From: Candidatus Dadabacteria bacterium
GTDB lineage: Bacteria; Desulfobacterota_D; UBA1144; Nemesobacterales; Nemesobacteraceae
Assembly (NCBI GenBank): GCA_951812945.1
Contig: CATOTB010000001.1
Span: 488,198-552,197 of the forward strand
Direction: 5' to 3'
DNA length: 64,000 nt
Shown: positions 10,794-19,310 of the stretch, piece by piece
How positions within the stretch are numbered: the stretch's first letter is position 1
How the letters are laid out: each line of letters opens with the position of its first letter
Translations under genes and position numbers: made by a program
The notes under the pieces: generated by a model
Databases searched by the model: none
The model's input: only the letters and a program-made list of their open reading frames with translations
Told to the model about the DNA's origin: nothing

Positions 10794-12922
10794 GTTCGGG
10801 TTTGTATAAGTGACAGGAGTATAGCTTCAGCCGCTTCGGACAGCACGGTTCCCGGACCGAATATCTGCGAGACTCCGGCTTTCCGGAGGTAATCGTAATC
10901 GCGTTTGGGGATAACCCCTCCCGCCACTACCATTATATCGTTGGCTCCCATCTCATCGAGTTTTTTTATCAGTTCGGGGATAAGGGTCTTGTGACCGGCA
11001 GCCAGGCTTGATATTCCGACTACGTGGACATCGTTTTCAACCGCCTGTCTTGCCGCCTCTTCCGGGGTCTGAAAGAGCGGGCCTATGTCAACGTCGAAAC
11101 CAAGGTCGGCAAAGCCAGTCGCTATTATCTTCGCCCCGCGGTCATGGCCGTCCTGCCCCATTTTCGCGACCAGTATTCTGGGTCTTCTTCCTTCCAGTGT
11201 GGCGAAGCGGTCGGCAAGTTCTCTTGCCTTGGCGAATCCGGCATCCTTCGAGATTTCCGAGGAGTATACTCCCGAAATCGTGCGCCACCCGGGCTGATAT
11301 CTTCCCCATACCTCTTCACACGCGTCTGATATTTCTCCTAGGGTCGCGTTTTCCCTCGCGGCCTCAACGGCTAGGGAAAGAAGGTTCCCTTCCCCTGTCC
11401 TGGCACATTCGGTAATTTTCTCAAGAGCGCGCTCCACTGCCCTGGAATCCCTTTCTTTCCTGAGTTTTTTTAGTCTTCTGATCTGATTCTGCCTCACCTT
11501 GCGGTTATCCACCTCAAGTATATCGAATTCTTCCTCTGCATCCGAACTGTATCTGTTGACTCCTACTATCACGTCTTTTCCCGAGTCTATTCTGGCCTGT
11601 TTTCGGGCTGCGGCCTCCTCGATTCTCATTTTCGGTAGGCCGGTTTCTATAGCTTTAGACATTCCGCCCAGTTCTTCTATTTCCATTATAAGTTCCCACG
11701 CTTTTCTCGCCAGATTGTGGGTCAGATATTCAACGTAGTAGGACCCCGCCCAGGGATCAATCAACCTGCATATATCGGTTTCTTTCTGAAGATAGAGCTG
11801 GGTGTTTCTAGCTATCCTGGCGGAGAAATCGGTGGGAAGGGCGATGGCTTCGTCAAGAGCGTTTGTGTGAAGCGACTGGGTGCCGCCGAGCACAGCGCTT
11901 AGGGCTTCAACGCAGGTTCTTGTCACGTTGTTAAACGGATCCTGTTCCGTAAGACTCCATCCCGAAGTCTGGCAGTGGGTTCTGAGCATAAGCGACCCTG
12001 GGTTCTTGGGCTTAAACTGATTGACGATTTTGGCCCATAACATTCTCGCAGCTCTCATCTTTGCGATTTCCATGAAGTGATCCATGCCTATTCCCCAGAA
12101 AAAAGAAATTCTGGGGGCAAAATCGTCGATACTGAGTCCCGCCTCAACGCCCGCTCTCAAATACTCAAGGCCGTCTGCGAGCGTGTAGGCAAGCTCTATG
12201 TCCGACGTGGCACCTGCTTCCTCCATGTGGTAACCGCTTACGCTTATCGAATTGAACTTCGGCATGTTCTTCGACGTGTATTCGAAAATGTCCGAGACTA
12301 TCTTCATCGAGAATTCGGGCGGATAGATGTAGGTGTTTCTTACCATGAACTCCTTGAGTATGTCGTTTTGGATCGTGCCGCTCAGTTTTTCCGGGCTCAC
12401 TCCCTGTCGCTCCGCGACGACTATATAGAAAGCCATGATCGGCAGAACCGCGCCGTTCATGGTCATGGAAACCGAGATTTCGTCAAGAGGTATTCGATCG
12501 AGAAGAATTTCCATGTCCAGTATCGAGTCTATTGCCACACCCGCCTTCCCGACATCTCCCGAAACTCTGGGGTGATCCGAGTCATACCCCCTGTGAGTCG
12601 GAAGATCGAAAGCTATGGAGAGTCCCTTCTGGCCAGCGGCCAGGTTTCTCCTGTAAAACGCGTTTGATTCCTCCGCGGTGGAGAACCCCGCATACTGTCT
12701 GATGGTCCAAGGTCTTGTGGTATACATGGTCGGGTAGGGCCCGCGAAGATAGGGTGGAATTCCAGGGACAAATCCCAGATGCTCGGAGTCGCTGAGATCG
12801 TCGTGGACATAAACCGTTTTTATGTCTATTTCTTCCGGTGATTCCCGTATTATATCTCCGGTTGCCTTGGCATTACCGCTCGAACCGGCTCCAAGCTTTA
12901 TTTTCGAAAAATCGGGTCTCAT
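10790..12922 (-). CDS. mutB: methylmalonyl-CoA mutase large (alpha) subunit with C-terminal B12-binding domain
   Basis: 710 aa; MCM catalytic TIM-barrel motifs plus a C-terminal cobalamin-binding Rossmann segment (DxHDRG). Confidence 0.9.
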   Translation of the reverse strand: MRPDFSKIKLGAGSSGNAKATGDIIRESPEEIDIKTVYVHDDLSDSEHLGFVPGIPPYLRGPYPTMYTTRPWTIRQYAGFSTAEESNAFYRRNLAAGQKGLSIAFDLPTHRGYDSDHPRVSGDVGKAGVAIDSILDMEILLDRIPLDEISVSMTMNGAVLPIMAFYIVVAERQGVSPEKLSGTIQNDILKEFMVRNTYIYPPEFSMKIVSDIFEYTSKNMPKFNSISVSGYHMEEAGATSDIELAYTLADGLEYLRAGVEAGLSIDDFAPRISFFWGIGMDHFMEIAKMRAARMLWAKIVNQFKPKNPGSLMLRTHCQTSGWSLTEQDPFNNVTRTCVEALSAVLGGTQSLHTNALDEAIALPTDFSARIARNTQLYLQKETDICRLIDPWAGSYYVEYLTHNLARKAWELIMEIEELGGMSKAIETGLPKMRIEEAAARKQARIDSGKDVIVGVNRYSSDAEEEFDILEVDNRKVRQNQIRRLKKLRKERDSRAVERALEKITECARTGEGNLLSLAVEAARENATLGEISDACEEVWGRYQPGWRTISGVYSSEISKDAGFAKARELADRFATLEGRRPRILVAKMGQDGHDRGAKIIATGFADLGFDVDIGPLFQTPEEAARQAVENDVHVVGISSLAAGHKTLIPELIKKLDEMGANDIMVVAGGVIPKRDYDYLRKAGVSQIFGPGTVLSEAAEAILLSLIQTRT

Positions 12923-14892
12923 GGCTCGACCTCGTCTGAGAGAAGAGGTTCCTGGTATCTCTCGAGCATGTCGAGGACATCGGAACCCGCGTGGATGAAG
13001 TCATCCGCCCCCGCCTGCGCAAGCTTCTCCCGCGTGCTTTGTCCGCCACCTGAAACAACAGCTTTTATTTCCGCTTTTCCGCTTTTGATTCTTCTTATCG
13101 CTTCTTTCCCTAGCTGCTCGTAATCTTTGTCGGAACCGCAGATCACTACCGCGAGCGGACTCTCGCGCAGAGCCGCTGCAACTCCTTCATCAACTCCCGG
13201 ATTTTCGGCTCCGTCAATTACTGCGAACCCTCCGCATCCGAAAAAATTCATCGAAAAAACCGATCTTGCGACTGTCTGCGGAGAATCGCTCAGATGAAGC
13301 AGGAAAACTTTCGGTGCCTCGCTCGTTTTTTCCGCGTGTTTTTCGCTTAGAAGCCTTATTTTCTCAAAACCTTGAGCTGCTCTTGATTCCGCAAGGGGCG
13401 CTACTTTAGGGGCCGAGCCATTCATCTTTTCTTCTATGGGTGGGGCTTTCCGGATGTGCGCCGACATCTTTTCCAGCAGGTTGGGAAACTCGTTTGTTCC
13501 GATGAGCGTTTTTTTCCTGCGTGAAATGTCGAGGAGTGTTTTTTTTCTGCTGTCCTCAATCGTCTTCTGTATGAACCCGCTTTTCAGGCACTCAAAGTAG
13601 CCGCCTTTTTTTTCTATTTTCTGGAACAGTTCTAGGGATTTCTGCGAAATGGACTGCGTCAGTTTTTCTATGTGATAGGAACCGCCCCCGGGATCGATCA
13701 CCGCGTCGAGATGGGACTCATTTTTTATCAGAAGCTGGATGTTTCTCGCCACTCTTCTTGAAAGTTCATCGGGTTCGCTGTAGTGGGCGTCAAAGGGTTC
13801 CACGGTCAGAGAACTTGCCCCCCCGATTACCGACGCCATGGCTTCAAGCGCCGTCCGCAGTATGTTTACGTGTGAGTCGTAAATGGTTTTGTTGAAGGTC
13901 GTGGTGCGGCAATGAATTCTCATTTTTGTAGATTCGAGGGAATCGGGTGAGAACTGTTGCGCGATGTTTGCCCAGAGCGCTCTTGCGGCGCGGAGCTTGG
14001 CGATTTCCGCAAAGTAGCTTGAGCCGGTGGAAAAGGAAAAAGCGAGGTGGCGGCAGGCACGGTCTGCGTCAACGCCCTTTTGGCGGAGCATGACCAGATA
14101 TTCGGCCGCGGCTGCAATCGTGAAAGCGAGTTCCTGGGTTATCGTTGCCCCTGAACTTTTAAACGTTGAACTTTTTACCGAAAACGCCGCGTAACCGGGC
14201 GCGGCATCGGATAGATATCCAATGGTTTCCGCGATCTTCTCCAGATTCTTTTCAAGCGCCGTTACTGAAGACCCGCCCGCAAGCAGCTGGGAGAGGGGGT
14301 CGAAAAACACGGCGCCGTCAAGTTCTCGGGTATCGATTCCTTTCTTGCTGCAGGCGGAAATGAAAAGCACGGAGACTTTTTCCGGATCTGCTCTTAAGGC
14401 AAAATTGAGGCTGGTCTGCAATGGGTCTATATCTTTTACAAGAGCTTCGATGACCTCGGGTTTCATTTCTGTTTCCGGGATGAAGGTGATTGAATCCACT
14501 CCACCCTTGATTGCCGCAAGCGCGTCGCGCGTCGCATCTTTCGGAGCGATAAGCTTTATCTCTTCTGTAAGAATCCAGCTGTTGTTTTTTTTGCCGGTTC
14601 CCCGGACAAACGGAAATTCTCCCGGAAGAGGATTTTTCCCCGTGAAAAAATCTCTTGCTTCTTCTTCGGTGTAGAAGGGTTCAACCGCTATACCGTCTTC
14701 AGTGGTCCATATAAGATCTTCGTAGGACCCCGGCTTTGCGATCTTTTTTTCAACTTCTTTTTTCCAGCTTTCCTTCGATATGCTTGGAAAATCATCGAAA
14801 AGAAGAGTCTGTGCGTGTTTTTTTTCCGTCTTACTCATAAAATCTGCGTTTTTCCTCTCAATCTCTTGGGTGAATAAGTATATAAGTCCCAT
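12919..14892 (-). CDS. mutA: methylmalonyl-CoA mutase small (beta) subunit
   Basis: 657 aa MCM-like protein directly upstream of mutB with a 4-nt overlap. Confidence 0.8.
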   Translation of the reverse strand: MGLIYLFTQEIERKNADFMSKTEKKHAQTLLFDDFPSISKESWKKEVEKKIAKPGSYEDLIWTTEDGIAVEPFYTEEEARDFFTGKNPLPGEFPFVRGTGKKNNSWILTEEIKLIAPKDATRDALAAIKGGVDSITFIPETEMKPEVIEALVKDIDPLQTSLNFALRADPEKVSVLFISACSKKGIDTRELDGAVFFDPLSQLLAGGSSVTALEKNLEKIAETIGYLSDAAPGYAAFSVKSSTFKSSGATITQELAFTIAAAAEYLVMLRQKGVDADRACRHLAFSFSTGSSYFAEIAKLRAARALWANIAQQFSPDSLESTKMRIHCRTTTFNKTIYDSHVNILRTALEAMASVIGGASSLTVEPFDAHYSEPDELSRRVARNIQLLIKNESHLDAVIDPGGGSYHIEKLTQSISQKSLELFQKIEKKGGYFECLKSGFIQKTIEDSRKKTLLDISRRKKTLIGTNEFPNLLEKMSAHIRKAPPIEEKMNGSAPKVAPLAESRAAQGFEKIRLLSEKHAEKTSEAPKVFLLHLSDSPQTVARSVFSMNFFGCGGFAVIDGAENPGVDEGVAAALRESPLAVVICGSDKDYEQLGKEAIRRIKSGKAEIKAVVSGGGQSTREKLAQAGADDFIHAGSDVLDMLERYQEPLLSDEVEP

Positions 14893-15210
14893 CTGTTTCT
14901 GCCAACATACTGAAACTGTTTAAGTTTCAATTTTTCCCGTCTGTTATAGTTTAAAAGCTACTTTTGCCAAATTTAAAAGATGACTTTGCCCAAGTCTGCC
15001 CCTTCGTAATTCCCCGTTATTATTGAGCTTTTCCTCGGATATCCCGCTGACCAAGGCCAAAAATGGAAGTAGCGATTATATGGCGATTTTGGCTTTTTTA
15101 TAGCGCTTAAGATATCAAATTGCCCAAGAATCCGAAGAAAAAACCCGAAAAAAGACAGCAATATCAAGGCATTAAGCAAAAATAACACGAGCGCTATACA
15201 ATCGCTAGTT

Positions 15211-15352
15211 TTGTTTTGAAGGGACATTTTGAAGGGACAAGAAAAATAAGCGATATCAGGGAGGTATGAAGGGACAAGGGACAATGAAGGGACAACCGCT
15301 GTTTTTAGGTAATTTAAGCAGTTACTTAATTTTTTTGGGAAATTGTCCCTTT
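15211..15352 (+). repeat. array of GAAGGGACA(A) motifs (4 full + 1 partial direct, 1 inverted)
   Basis: direct copies at 15218, 15231, 15268, 15287 with a partial at 15277 and an inverted TTGTCCCTT at 15343. Confidence 0.7.
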
Positions 15353-15382
15353 AAGTTGACAGACTTTATTTAACGCAATTCG

Positions 15383-16684
15383 GTGTTATCCCGATTGCAA
15401 GAACGGGGCACCCTCCATTGCGTCCAGCGTCAAGACGATAAAATTGTCCTGTGGCGCGAGAAGCAGACGCGCCTGGCACAGAACAGGAGGCTCCGAGTCT
15501 CTGTGGATGCCGCCGCTATCATACTCTCGTCAGATAGCATAAAAGTCGGCGAGAGGATAAAAGTTTCCAATAACATTCTCGACAGTGAAACCGATTGGGA
15601 AGTCGCGAGGAAGGAGGAAACTTGCGACGTATTTATCCAACTCGAGCTCGTTCCTTTGCCCGACATTTATCTATCGGACCCCAGCGATCTTGACCGCCTG
15701 ACAGGAGAACTCAGTTATTTCCAGACACCTAGAAATCTCCACTTAAACGAGAGCTCCTTTAAGCCGCCTACTGACTTCTCTCAGACACATCTGGAACCAA
15801 TACGAAACCTGTTTGCGCAAACCAAGAGCGTCGGGTCGGGAGATGAAAGCGTCTTCGTCTGCGAATTAAGCTACGAGGTCCCTGCCGAAAATTACTCGGG
15901 AGCTCAAGTCTGGCTGGTTTTGGGGAACACCGGAACTCCTCAGCGAGTTACGGACGAAGGGCTGGTTGTTGACAGGCTCTCGACAACGTCACGAAAAGCT
16001 CGGTTCAACCTTCCTTTGGAGATCGCTTCCTATACGGTGGTCGTGTACTCAGTCTCGGAGAATAAGGAATTGCTCGGGTTTCCTGTTTCCTTTCTGGTAA
16101 ACACTACTCCGGTTGCAAGTGCCGGCACTGACAGGAGCGTAGGGGCTGGAGCATTCGTAATGCTAAATGGCTCAGGATCTCACGATCCGGATGGTGACAA
16201 TCTCACCTATTTCTGGGAACAGCTGTCGGGAGCGCCCGTATCGATCTCAAACCCGACCTCGGAGCGGGCCAGTTTTACGGCTCCTTCGACGAGCTCCAGC
16301 CACATCTTGGAATTTCAGCTGACGGTGAGTGATGGGACGACAAGTGCGACTGATTCCGTTGTGATCAATGTAGGGAGATATGTTCCGCCGCTTCCGCCCC
16401 AAGAACAGTGGGAACGACTTGGGGCCCCCACTGGGTTTCAGCGTTATTTTGAAGGGAGTCTGAATCAATCTCAGAGATACACCTGGAATCTTGTTCCTAA
16501 TGCTAGAGCTTACAGAATTAGCTACGTGCACGAAGGAAGCCGACGACAGAGCGACGTGGGAGAACCGCCTGCCGCCTTTCTTCAATCTGTACCATTCACA
16601 GGAGTGAGAATCCAGGCTCTCGCGAACGCTTCCTGGCTGCTAGGAACTATTCCATATCTTAATTCCGAGTGGACTTATTTGTGA
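15383..16684 (+). CDS. PKD-domain-containing hypothetical protein (GTG start, no signal peptide; possibly a gene fragment)
   Basis: PKD-like segment (AGAFVMLNGSGSHDPDGDNLTYFWEQLSGAP...FTAP...LTVSDG); start codon and N-terminus uncertain. Confidence 0.5.
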   Translation: MLSRLQERGTLHCVQRQDDKIVLWREKQTRLAQNRRLRVSVDAAAIILSSDSIKVGERIKVSNNILDSETDWEVARKEETCDVFIQLELVPLPDIYLSDPSDLDRLTGELSYFQTPRNLHLNESSFKPPTDFSQTHLEPIRNLFAQTKSVGSGDESVFVCELSYEVPAENYSGAQVWLVLGNTGTPQRVTDEGLVVDRLSTTSRKARFNLPLEIASYTVVVYSVSENKELLGFPVSFLVNTTPVASAGTDRSVGAGAFVMLNGSGSHDPDGDNLTYFWEQLSGAPVSISNPTSERASFTAPSTSSSHILEFQLTVSDGTTSATDSVVINVGRYVPPLPPQEQWERLGAPTGFQRYFEGSLNQSQRYTWNLVPNARAYRISYVHEGSRRQSDVGEPPAAFLQSVPFTGVRIQALANASWLLGTIPYLNSEWTYL

Positions 16685-16806
16685 GAACAAGACGTAGAAA
16701 AAGCGCTGTTGGGACGAAATGATCTCAAAGAATTTTCAGCATTAATCGGCTTTTTTAGTTAACATAACACCCCAGATTTTGTGAATTTCGTGGCAATTTC
16801 ATGTTA

Positions 16807-16814
16807 TAAATTTG
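16807..16814. repeat. 8-bp direct repeat TAAATTTG (putative target-site duplication, left)
   Basis: identical 8-mer immediately outside both terminal IRs. Confidence 0.5.
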
Positions 16815-16845
16815 GGGAATTATAAAGGAAAGTTGACAAAACTTC
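16815..16845. repeat. terminal inverted repeat (left) of the IS1595-family element
   Basis: 31/31 match to the reverse complement of 21812-21842. Confidence 0.7.
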
Positions 16846-16854
16846 GTAACTCAC

Positions 16855-17025
16855 TCATTTGACTTCAACAATTTTTGGGTTGCCTTTGCTGTCTTTTTGG
16901 AGGGAAAATCGGCGTTCTAAATCCTCTTTTTTCGGCTTCTTCGGACGCTCATGCTTTACCGGTCCCATGCCGAGCAATAGCTTGGCAGCCTCGTCTACCT
17001 GGTCCCATTCATCTTTCTTGCTCAT
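16855..17025 (-). CDS. small hydrophilic Lys-rich protein, 56 aa (below the ORF-track cutoff)
   Basis: hand translation MSKKDEWDQVDEAAKLLLGMGPVKHERPKKPKKEDLERRFSLQKDSKGNPKIVEVK; third in a co-oriented run of tiny ORFs. Confidence 0.35.
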   Translation of the reverse strand: MSKKDEWDQVDEAAKLLLGMGPVKHERPKKPKKEDLERRFSLQKDSKGNPKIVEVK

Positions 17026-17034
17026 TTGGTCTAC

Positions 17035-17283
17035 CTAAACTACATAAGACATTATGATTCCTGCGATAATCCCGCCCGTAAGGAGAATTAGGGGCCATGC
17101 TATTCCTATCGCAAGCACTGCGAGCATGTACAAAACGAAGCCCACGCCGAAGACTACCATGAGGGTTTGCTCAAAGCCTTTGTTTTCACCCCGCTGTTGG
17201 CGTTCCCAGTCCCTTCGCTTGGCGTTCCGCTTCAGGAGTTTCTGTCGCTTCTCATGCTCTTCCCATGTAAGTTTGCTTGCCAT
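17035..17283 (-). CDS. 82-aa small membrane protein (basic N-terminus, C-terminal TM hairpin)
   Basis: ORF with a Lys/Arg-rich N-terminal 40 aa followed by two hydrophobic helices. Confidence 0.45.
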   Translation of the reverse strand: MASKLTWEEHEKRQKLLKRNAKRRDWERQQRGENKGFEQTLMVVFGVGFVLYMLAVLAIGIAWPLILLTGGIIAGIIMSYVV

Positions 17284-17286
17284 CGT

Positions 17287-17505
17287 CTAAATTTCGACTA
17301 TTTCTTCCAAGCCCTCTCTGTGTGCCTTAATCTGGTCTTCAAACTCTTGGTTTGTAACTCTGTCCAGTATTTGCCCAATCTGAATCTGTCCTTTTGCCAG
17401 TCCTTTAATGCCAGACTCAATTCTGTCAAAGCGTTTGGTGAACTTCTCATCCAGTTCGTTTATTGCATCTAATACTTTTTTGTTATCGTCGTGAATGATT
17501 GACAT
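17287..17505 (-). CDS. 72-aa small acidic coiled-coil protein
   Basis: ORF; TATAAT box about 35 nt upstream on the minus strand; spaced 4 nt from the next ORF. Confidence 0.45.
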   Translation of the reverse strand: MSIIHDDNKKVLDAINELDEKFTKRFDRIESGIKGLAKGQIQIGQILDRVTNQEFEDQIKAHREGLEEIVEI

Positions 17506-17666
17506 GGTATTCTTGTCTCTGACACAGTTCTCTTATCTGTAATTATAGCCGGCAAAATTGGAACTGTCTGAGATTTGTTCCCCCTATTTTGGTTTTTCAG
17601 ATACGGAAACCATACCTGATTTTGCCGGCAAATTCAAGGTGTTAGAACCATCATTCTACTTCTACC

Positions 17667-18152
17667 TTACCGACTGCAAGTCCCACCTAAAAGGCTATCG
17701 TAGAACGAACTGCGACGGCAGGAAAGTTCAGGGTAGTCATCTGCACTGAAACCCTCGAAAGCTACCGTCCTTCCAGAAGCTAGCGACCAAGTGGCAAAGT
17801 AATTTCTAGACGGAAAGTCCATTGAGAGTCCGACGTATTCGTCTCCATACTGGTCTCGGTAGCCTGCTAGCATCCATGTTCCACTGGTTGTCCTGTCGTC
17901 AAAAAAATCCGTCAAGTAGGCGGCAACTGTACCGTCTTCGCAGAAAGCAAGGGCTTCATATACATCTTCGTCGTCACTACAGCTCCATATACCACTTCCC
18001 TGGATGAGAATCGCTGTGAGTTGAGCAATATCAGCGAGAGTCTCTTCACTCTCTCCTCCAGTTATTTCAGAAAATCCATCTGGAAGGTTATCTCCTCCCC
18101 CGCAACTGGTAACAAACACTAATACCAAGAAAAGAGACAAAATCGTCCTCAT
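17667..18152 (-). CDS. acidic Cys-containing lipoprotein, hypothetical
   Basis: lipoprotein signal LVFVTSC at the N-terminus. Confidence 0.6.
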   Translation of the reverse strand: MRTILSLFLVLVFVTSCGGGDNLPDGFSEITGGESEETLADIAQLTAILIQGSGIWSCSDDEDVYEALAFCEDGTVAAYLTDFFDDRTTSGTWMLAGYRDQYGDEYVGLSMDFPSRNYFATWSLASGRTVAFEGFSADDYPELSCRRSSFYDSLLGGTCSR

Positions 18153-18305
18153 AACATCCTCCTAAGTTTGGATTTGACCTCGGCAAAAAAGGGTGCCGGG
18201 CCTTGCTTACAACCAAAGAGACTTTGGACGTTCTGCTTATTTCCCAGACGGGTATTGTATTCACAGAGACCCGACAGGGCGGGTTCTCTTCAGTTGTAAG
18301 CAATT

Positions 18306-18334
18306 TTGACTATATCACAGAAGGGCGGTATAAT
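18306..18334 (+). promoter_or_regulatory. near-consensus sigma70 promoter TTGACT-N17-TATAAT driving the S1 protease gene
   Basis: hexamers and 17-nt spacer read directly. Confidence 0.5.
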
Positions 18335-18402
18335 CTATGAAAGTTTTAATCTTGTGAAACACCCCCTGCCGAGTACATTCTCCAAATTTGGCAAGTAAAA
18401 AA

Positions 18403-19212
18403 ATGAAAAGACATCTAATTATCGCAATTTTGGCAGTAATTCTTGTGGGAATTTATGCAGTGTTGCTACACGGAGAGACAAAGACACAAGCACGTGAAAT
18501 CCCAACCTCAAATATTCTGAACAGGATTCTCCCAATAAGAGTTGAGGTTAAAGAAGAATCTACTTTTAGAATTAACGAGGGAACAGTTTTCACAATAGAG
18601 GTGGATGGAAGACAATACTTGATAACTGCGAAGCATGTAACCAACCATCAAGCGGTGGAAGTGATAGAGATTTGGAGAAATGGTGGATGGACAGCAGTAA
18701 AGGTAAAAACCGTAGGAGTAGGGAAAGGAAATGAGGACATTATTGTATTAGCCGCAGATGAGAGACTAACTACCACCTTTGAAATAGAAATAGGGAGTGG
18801 CGGGATAGTATTAGGTCAAAATGTAAAATTCTTGGGATTCCCTCTCGATATTGAAGTATATATGACCCAAGCTAAGGAATGGAGAGTGCCTGTCGTAAAA
18901 GGCGGTATCCTTACCACAATTGAATCTGAGAAAGGCTCGTCCTGGTTGCTGGTAGACGGGCATGGCAACAAAGGATTTAGCGGAGGACCTGTAATATTCA
19001 AGCCACGTGAAGAAAACACTAAAACATGGAGGATTGCTGGAGTAATAAGCAGGTTTGAACCAGAAATCTTGTCTGTGATAGATAGCACAGGGAGAAAGAT
19101 AGAAGGCTTAGGGGTTGTAGGAAACTCCGGCATTATGGTGGCAACAGGAATTGAAGCAGCTTTGAAGCTAATTAAAGCAAACCCCATAGGATATCTCGTT
19201 AAAGAAAAGTGA
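18403..19212 (+). CDS. membrane-anchored trypsin-like (S1/chymotrypsin-fold) serine peptidase
   Basis: N-terminal TM anchor; catalytic His context TAKHV and Ser motif GFSGGPV; the track ORF begins at an upstream TTG (18388) and ATG 18403 is more likely. Confidence 0.7.
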   Translation: MKRHLIIAILAVILVGIYAVLLHGETKTQAREIPTSNILNRILPIRVEVKEESTFRINEGTVFTIEVDGRQYLITAKHVTNHQAVEVIEIWRNGGWTAVKVKTVGVGKGNEDIIVLAADERLTTTFEIEIGSGGIVLGQNVKFLGFPLDIEVYMTQAKEWRVPVVKGGILTTIESEKGSSWLLVDGHGNKGFSGGPVIFKPREENTKTWRIAGVISRFEPEILSVIDSTGRKIEGLGVVGNSGIMVATGIEAALKLIKANPIGYLVKEK

Positions 19213-19250
19213 ACGAAAGCCTAACTTACTAATATGACTAAACAATCTAC

Positions 19251-19258
19251 CCCCCCCC
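19251..19258 (+). repeat. homopolymeric C tract (C8 by the coordinate grid) in the 5' region of the methyltransferase gene
   Basis: read directly; lies between an upstream ATG (19235) and the conserved MTase N-terminal region. Confidence 0.6.
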
Positions 19259-19310
19259 TAAATCTAACTGGAAAGACAAGACAGTTTTTACGGGAGACAA
19301 TCTCCCCATA

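Noticed and set aside
14973-15284. 103-aa minus-strand ORF spanning the GAAGGGACA repeat region
   Set aside because: It lies entirely in an AT-rich repeat-containing intergenic region and its amino-acid sequence is dictated by the repeats. It has no RBS and no homology I recognise, so it is treated as non-coding.
15211-15352. Possible CRISPR array from the GAAGGGACA repeats
   Set aside because: The repeats are only 9-10 nt long and irregularly spaced (13-37 nt), with a partial and an inverted copy. That does not fit a CRISPR repeat-spacer architecture.
15355-15383. TTGACA at 15355-15360 as promoter for the PKD ORF
   Set aside because: There is no acceptable -10 hexamer at 17 ± 1 nt, and the GTG start would fall within or too close to the transcription start. 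Not reported as a promoter.
16685-16806. Continuation of the IS256-like transposase on the far side of the 5-kb insertion (i.e. the insertion interrupting an IS256 copy)
   Set aside because: Six-frame translation of this 120-bp stretch shows no IS256-like sequence, and the PKD ORF ends immediately upstream.
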